A stretch of DNA of 49,986 bases. Source: Bdellovibrionia bacterium. GTDB lineage: Bacteria > Bdellovibrionota > UBA1018. This document shows, piece after piece, positions 47,780 to 49,986 of this stretch. How positions within the stretch are numbered: position 1 is the first letter of the stretch; each line of letters opens with the position of its first letter. A program made the position numbers and the translations under genes. The notes under the pieces are model-generated. The model saw nothing but the letters and a program-made list of their open reading frames with translations. It was not told where the DNA came from and ran no database searches. Location of the stretch: the NCBI GenBank assembly GCA_045805065.1, contig JBJMMA010000115.1, forward strand, positions 1 through 49,986, read 5' to 3'.

Positions 47780-49138
47780 TCAAAATCCGATGGTTAACGC
47801 AAAGAGCAGCTTCAGCGTTGAGATATGGATAGTCGTATCAAACGGCGTTCCGCTCAAAGTATTGAGCACAGTAAATGGGTCAGTCGTTCCGAACTCGTAG
47901 GCCAAGCCTAACGAACCGGAGACTTGTTTGACCGTCACCGAAGAGCCAAATGTGAGGCCATGGAGGTCGATTTTTCTGAAAATCGGATTTGTTGCGTCCT
48001 TCACTGGCGAATTGGATGAATAATACCCCCCATGAAGCCTCACGCTTGGCGAAATCGCGAAGTTGGCTCCTACTGCAAAGTCCACCACGTTTCTAAAAGC
48101 CATCTGGATAGCCGTGAAATCTTGACTCGAAGTCGTGGGCGCTCCACCCGTATTTGATGAAGTCGAGATCGGCTGGTTGCTGCTCAAAAACGTGTAGGTA
48201 CTCACAGGAGCGTGATAGCGCAGATCCGCCTCGATTTCGAAACCATGGGAGATGTAGGCAATTCCCAGATTTGCGGCCAGTGGTAACCGATACTGGAATT
48301 TTGCATGGTCGTCATAAAAGTTGGTGTCCGTTGTCTGACCGCCCGAGCTGTTCAAGCTCTCATAGTTAATCTTTGAGCTGCCCCAAAGCCGAAGAGTCGG
48401 AGATCGGATCGACAAACCGGCTTTCCAATGTTCTGAAATATCATACTGAGCCCCCAGGCCAACCAGCGCCGAAAAGGAACTCGCACTGATCTGCGTGGTT
48501 CGAATGAGGTTGGCTTGACTGGTTGGACTAAGTTGTTGCTCCGAAACACCTTCGTCGCCCTGGTAGTTTGCGGACGCAAATCCGACCGTCGCACCGAAAC
48601 GCCATGGACCCTCGTCGTGATAGCCAATCGAGAGTGCAGGCAGACTGACACCCAGATCATCTCGGATCGAGTAATTGATTCTTTGGGTGCCGCCCCCTAA
48701 CGGGCTTGTGACCTGCTCCTGCAACACCGGATTCCATGATGTTTCCTGCGTCAGAGAAAAACCGGCACGGAGCTTATCGGTGTGCAGAATCGGAGCAGCG
48801 ATGACCACACCGAAAAACTGTGGCACTCCGCCGGAAGTGGTCTGCCCGATACTCTGTCCCCCCGCATTGGCAGTGATGGAAGTCCAGCCGTAAGCCGAAG
48901 AACTCGCGTTAATCGATGTACGCTCGGCGCGTGACAGGCCAGCGGGGTTATACCAGTTTGCAGAAGGGTCATTGGCGCGAGCCGCATAAGATCCAGCTTC
49001 CAAGCCCGGGAGCTGACCGACAAGCGCCCTGTCGAAGTTTGGAATGATCAGTGTGGGCGGCGTGGTGATGGACGCAGCAAAACCAGCAAAGGGAGTAAGA
49101 CCTATAGCAGCAAACCAAAGAGCGCTTTTCGTCCTCAT
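47780..49138 (-). CDS. FadL/OmpP1-like outer-membrane transporter
   Basis: AGSYAARANDPSANWYNPAGL contains the NPA hatch motif. Barrel strands and C-terminal Phe. Confidence 0.8.
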   Translation of the reverse strand: MRTKSALWFAAIGLTPFAGFAASITTPPTLIIPNFDRALVGQLPGLEAGSYAARANDPSANWYNPAGLSRAERTSINASSSAYGWTSITANAGGQSIGQTTSGGVPQFFGVVIAAPILHTDKLRAGFSLTQETSWNPVLQEQVTSPLGGGTQRINYSIRDDLGVSLPALSIGYHDEGPWRFGATVGFASANYQGDEGVSEQQLSPTSQANLIRTTQISASSFSALVGLGAQYDISEHWKAGLSIRSPTLRLWGSSKINYESLNSSGGQTTDTNFYDDHAKFQYRLPLAANLGIAYISHGFEIEADLRYHAPVSTYTFLSSNQPISTSSNTGGAPTTSSQDFTAIQMAFRNVVDFAVGANFAISPSVRLHGGYYSSNSPVKDATNPIFRKIDLHGLTFGSSVTVKQVSGSLGLAYEFGTTDPFTVLNTLSGTPFDTTIHISTLKLLFALTIGF

Positions 49139-49259
49139 GACGCCTGCCCGGACTGCGAGAAGTGGGCCACCGACCGGCCATTGAGAGATCACTTACATAT
49201 ATGCTATTGAAGCGATCGCAGTTAATGATCGACTACACTACCCGGGAGTTGTATCCGCT

Positions 49260-49986
49260 ATGGCTGGCAATTGGACCCCGTCTTCTTTTACCCTCATGCG
49301 CGGCGGATTGCTCTATCGTCTGGAACGATGGCTCGGCTTGATCCGGGGCGAAAGCCTCAGCATTGTGAGAAGAATCCTGTTTTTCTGGTGCCTGACCTGG
49401 ATCCCGATCGTGATTCTCGAAGTGACGCGATTCAATGGGTTTCGTGCCGCCAATCCCGATTTTTCACTCTACTTTGACCTTCGAATGAACGTGCGTTTTC
49501 TCTTGGCTGCCCCCCTGATGATCGCGTCAGAGATTCCGATCGAACTCAGAATTGCGCGAACTCTCTCAGCCTTCGAATACCGAGAAATTGTGAAGCCGCC
49601 CGGCAAACTTGCCGCGATCCTCTCGAAGGCAAATGGCTGGATCTCCGGGACCCCAGGCATCGTCGTCGAAGCAGGGATCATGATCGTAATCATTTGCATC
49701 ACTTCGCTTGGTCTCATTACCCAGTTGATGGGCCCGCTGCGCGAATGGAAAAATCTTTCGCCCACCGCAGACCTACCTCCTCCGATGATGTGGTATTTGT
49801 GGTTTGCCTTGCCGCTCTTTCAATTTATTCAGCTGCGGTGGATCTGGAGGTTTATTGTCTGGTGCGGAGTTCTTTGGAAACTATCCAGACTCAAGCTGGA
49901 CCTTTTTGCATCGCACCCGGACAAGGTAGGAGGGATGGCCATCATTACTTATGCGCAGGAAGGATTTTCTCTTCTTTGGATTGCGA
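49260..49986 (+). CDS. Polytopic membrane protein, truncated by the window end (not in the ORF track)
   Basis: GGAG RBS and ATG 49260. Frame reads MAGNWTPSSFTLMRGGLLYRLE...LTWIP...RFLLAAPL...LRWIWRFIVW...HPDKVGG to the end of the window. Confidence 0.8.
   Translation, partial: MAGNWTPSSFTLMRGGLLYRLERWLGLIRGESLSIVRRILFFWCLTWIPIVILEVTRFNGFRAANPDFSLYFDLRMNVRFLLAAPLMIASEIPIELRIARTLSAFEYREIVKPPGKLAAILSKANGWISGTPGIVVEAGIMIVIICITSLGLITQLMGPLREWKNLSPTADLPPPMMWYLWFALPLFQFIQLRWIWRFIVWCGVLWKLSRLKLDLFASHPDKVGGMAIITYAQEGFSLLWIA

Overview
Bacterial chromosomal window. Gene families and style suggest Bdellovibrionota/Oligoflexia-type predatory lineages; this is an inference, not something proven by the sequence. 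The housekeeping backbone comprises thiolase-zapA-5-formylTHF cyclo-ligase-ymdB, ppx, asmA, gatCAB, uvrD/pcrA, a ClC-CBS protein, glmUS, dksA, lon, two CNNM/CBS proteins, a CheY/CheC-like pair, HU, a cyclophilin, a NUDIX hydrolase and tRNA-Thr(CGT). Accessory blocks interrupt it: (i) an HNH nuclease with a perfect 16-bp palindrome present both inside its own CDS and upstream, next to an OMP and an 817-aa signal-peptide protein whose N-terminus resembles a CCA-adding/poly(A) polymerase head; (ii) an IS1-like transposase without visible terminal repeats; (iii) a two-gene unit resembling a split vitellogenin/MTP-type large lipid transfer protein; (iv) a block of about 11.7 kb after the tRNA with an exported asparaginase, an aspartase carrying a signal peptide, an OprO/P porin, several beta-barrels and two convergent paralogous lipoproteins with C-terminal TM anchors. 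No CRISPR array, rRNA or integrase was seen. All family calls come from visual motif recognition, not database searches.
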